Assembly (NCBI GenBank): GCA_963796455.1
Contig: CAWCLO010000010.1
Location: 448,001-512,000 of the forward strand
DNA: 64,000 nucleotides
Direction: 5' to 3'
From: Candidatus Sulfomarinibacteraceae bacterium
GTDB lineage: Bacteria; Acidobacteriota; Thermoanaerobaculia; Thermoanaerobaculales; Sulfomarinibacteraceae
The position numbers and the translations under genes are program-made. A model generated the notes under the pieces. It saw nothing but the letters and a program-made list of their open reading frames with translations, did not search any database and was not told the origin of the DNA. Positions 62,627-64,000 of the stretch are shown here, piece by piece (position 1 is the stretch's first letter; every line of letters starts with the position of its first letter).

Positions 62627-64000
62627 TGAACACCTCCATGACTGGCCATAGCCGTTGGTGTTTCCTGGCCCCGGGCGAGAGTGGAGAGGTACCCCACCAG
62701 CAGGTCGAGCTCTTCGTCGGTTCCGACGAAGGGCGGCATGTAGGGAAAGTACATTTCCTGGGTGTCGATCATTTCTCCCCTTGGGGCTTCGCTATAGGCC
62801 ACCCCCATCTCCTGGAGGAGGGCGACTGCGGCATAGATCATGCCGTCGTTCAAATCATGCATCATGTCCGGATCGGCAGCGATCTCGTCGATCGATGGGA
62901 GCATCTCCAGCATTTCGGCGGAGCTCAGATCACGATGGCAGGCCGCGCACTCGGATCGGTAGACAAGCTCGCGCGCATCCGGCGAGGCTGCTTTTTGCAG
63001 CGCGAGGTGATCTTCGAGCGTCGGCAGGGCTCTGCGAATGCTCTGATAACCGTCAACAGTGTGGCAACTCCCGCATTGGGTTCGGAAAATGCGTTGCCCG
63101 ATCGCTCGGGGATCGTCATCGCCTCGCAGAGCCCAACCCGAACGGGCGAGCACGCCGCTTTCGTTGATCGCCTCGATGTCATCCACCAAAAGACCGTTGG
63201 AAAACATGTGGCTGTGAATCAGGAAGGGCTTGCGGACGCCTTCCCGCAGACGTTCGTAACCACCAAAAAAGCTGAATGCAAGCAGCGCCAGAAGCGCCGC
63301 CGTGAACCCGCGCGCGAGTCCTGGAGCGGCGAGCAGGATGACCACTGCGAAGACAATCCCGAGCGCCAGGGCCCATAGAGTGAAGCTGCGGGTCGAAGCG
63401 AGGCTTTCAAGCGAAGGCGAAGCGCCCCGGAAGAGGCTGCGCGCGGACTCCGGCAGGGCAGCCTCCCACCAGCGATAGCCGGCATAACTCAGAAGTCCAC
63501 CGCCGACAAACCACCATCCGAGATAGCGCAGCAGATCCGCGCGCCGGCTCTCTTTTGCCCGCAACGCCATAAAAACGATAAAGACCGTCGCCATCAGGAT
63601 CACGATGCCGGTGCGCAGAACGATCGCCGGCCAATAGGTCGGGTTGAAGAAACCGTCCCAAAACGCGTGGGTCTCGAGCCACCGGCCGGGGGTCAACATG
63701 AAGGTGATGATGCCGTTGATGATGACCAGCGACATATATGCACCGATAAAATAGAGCCACCCGACCATCAGGTGGGCGCCCTTTGAAATCTTGTCCCAGG
63801 TCGTGTAGTAGATCAAGGCGGCCACGATCTCCAGGATGAAGAACACCCACTCCATGGCCCAACCCCACACATAGGTGTGAATCAACGATGAGATGGCAGC
63901 CGGCGAGATGAGGCCCGCCACGACCCAGATGCCGACACCGGATATTGCGCCAAAGACCGTTGACACAAGAATCAGCATGAGTGATGAGCGGCGCGCGAGT
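62623..64000 (-). CDS. Cytochrome bd-type oxidase subunit I-like protein fused to c-type cytochrome domains (5' end outside the window)
   Basis: FGAISGVGIW, WAMEWVFF..E, IINGIITFMLTPG, FFNP, REGVRKPF; CGSCH and CAACH heme c motifs; MPPF distal Met. Confidence 0.82.
   Translation of the reverse strand, partial: LARRSSLMLILVSTVFGAISGVGIWVVAGLISPAAISSLIHTYVWGWAMEWVFFILEIVAALIYYTTWDKISKGAHLMVGWLYFIGAYMSLVIINGIITFMLTPGRWLETHAFWDGFFNPTYWPAIVLRTGIVILMATVFIVFMALRAKESRRADLLRYLGWWFVGGGLLSYAGYRWWEAALPESARSLFRGASPSLESLASTRSFTLWALALGIVFAVVILLAAPGLARGFTAALLALLAFSFFGGYERLREGVRKPFLIHSHMFSNGLLVDDIEAINESGVLARSGWALRGDDDPRAIGQRIFRTQCGSCHTVDGYQSIRRALPTLEDHLALQKAASPDARELVYRSECAACHRDLSSAEMLEMLPSIDEIAADPDMMHDLNDGMIYAAVALLQEMGVAYSEAPRGEMIDTQEMYFPYMPPFVGTDEELDLLVGYLSTLARGQETPTAMASHGGVQ

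Overview
GC-rich bacterial chromosomal segment. Gene content suggests Acidobacteriota, probably Thermoanaerobaculia (inference only). Most of the window is intact housekeeping DNA: rseP, PASTA protein, rpe, bamD, tadA, two tRNA-Ser, SRP RNA, selB, ubiX/ubiA, serS, glnA, glyA, rpiB, dgt, folC, accD, yebC, ruvC, ftsEX, pgeF, rlmN, tatA, bolA. The highlight is a ~13 kb respiratory island (24.3-37.4 kb). A divergent 3-Cys Rrf2 regulator and an FNR-type palindrome precede one apparent operon: GltD-like NAD(P)H:Fe-S flavoprotein, Tat Rieske protein, fused cytochrome b, penta-heme cytochrome c, lipoprotein clade II N2O reductase (nosZ), nosB, an unknown lipoprotein and nosDFLY. This couples an anammox-style flavoprotein-Rieske/cytb complex to N2O respiration. 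The island carries many single-base indels, probably assembly errors, so the ORF track fragments it. Other notable items: a pseudo-receiver/Ser-Thr kinase/TM/TonB-C hybrid near an ExbB-ExbD-ExbD-TonB-DUF4388-TPR operon; a sigma54-driven comEA; a sigma54-driven CMK-like/BON/CBS + DASS transporter + carbonic anhydrase operon; a cytochrome c-fused bd-like oxidase; many apparently leaderless genes; candidate structured RNAs; and several intergenic repeat families. No CRISPR array, rRNA or transposase was seen. All calls come from reading sequence and motifs; no database search was run.
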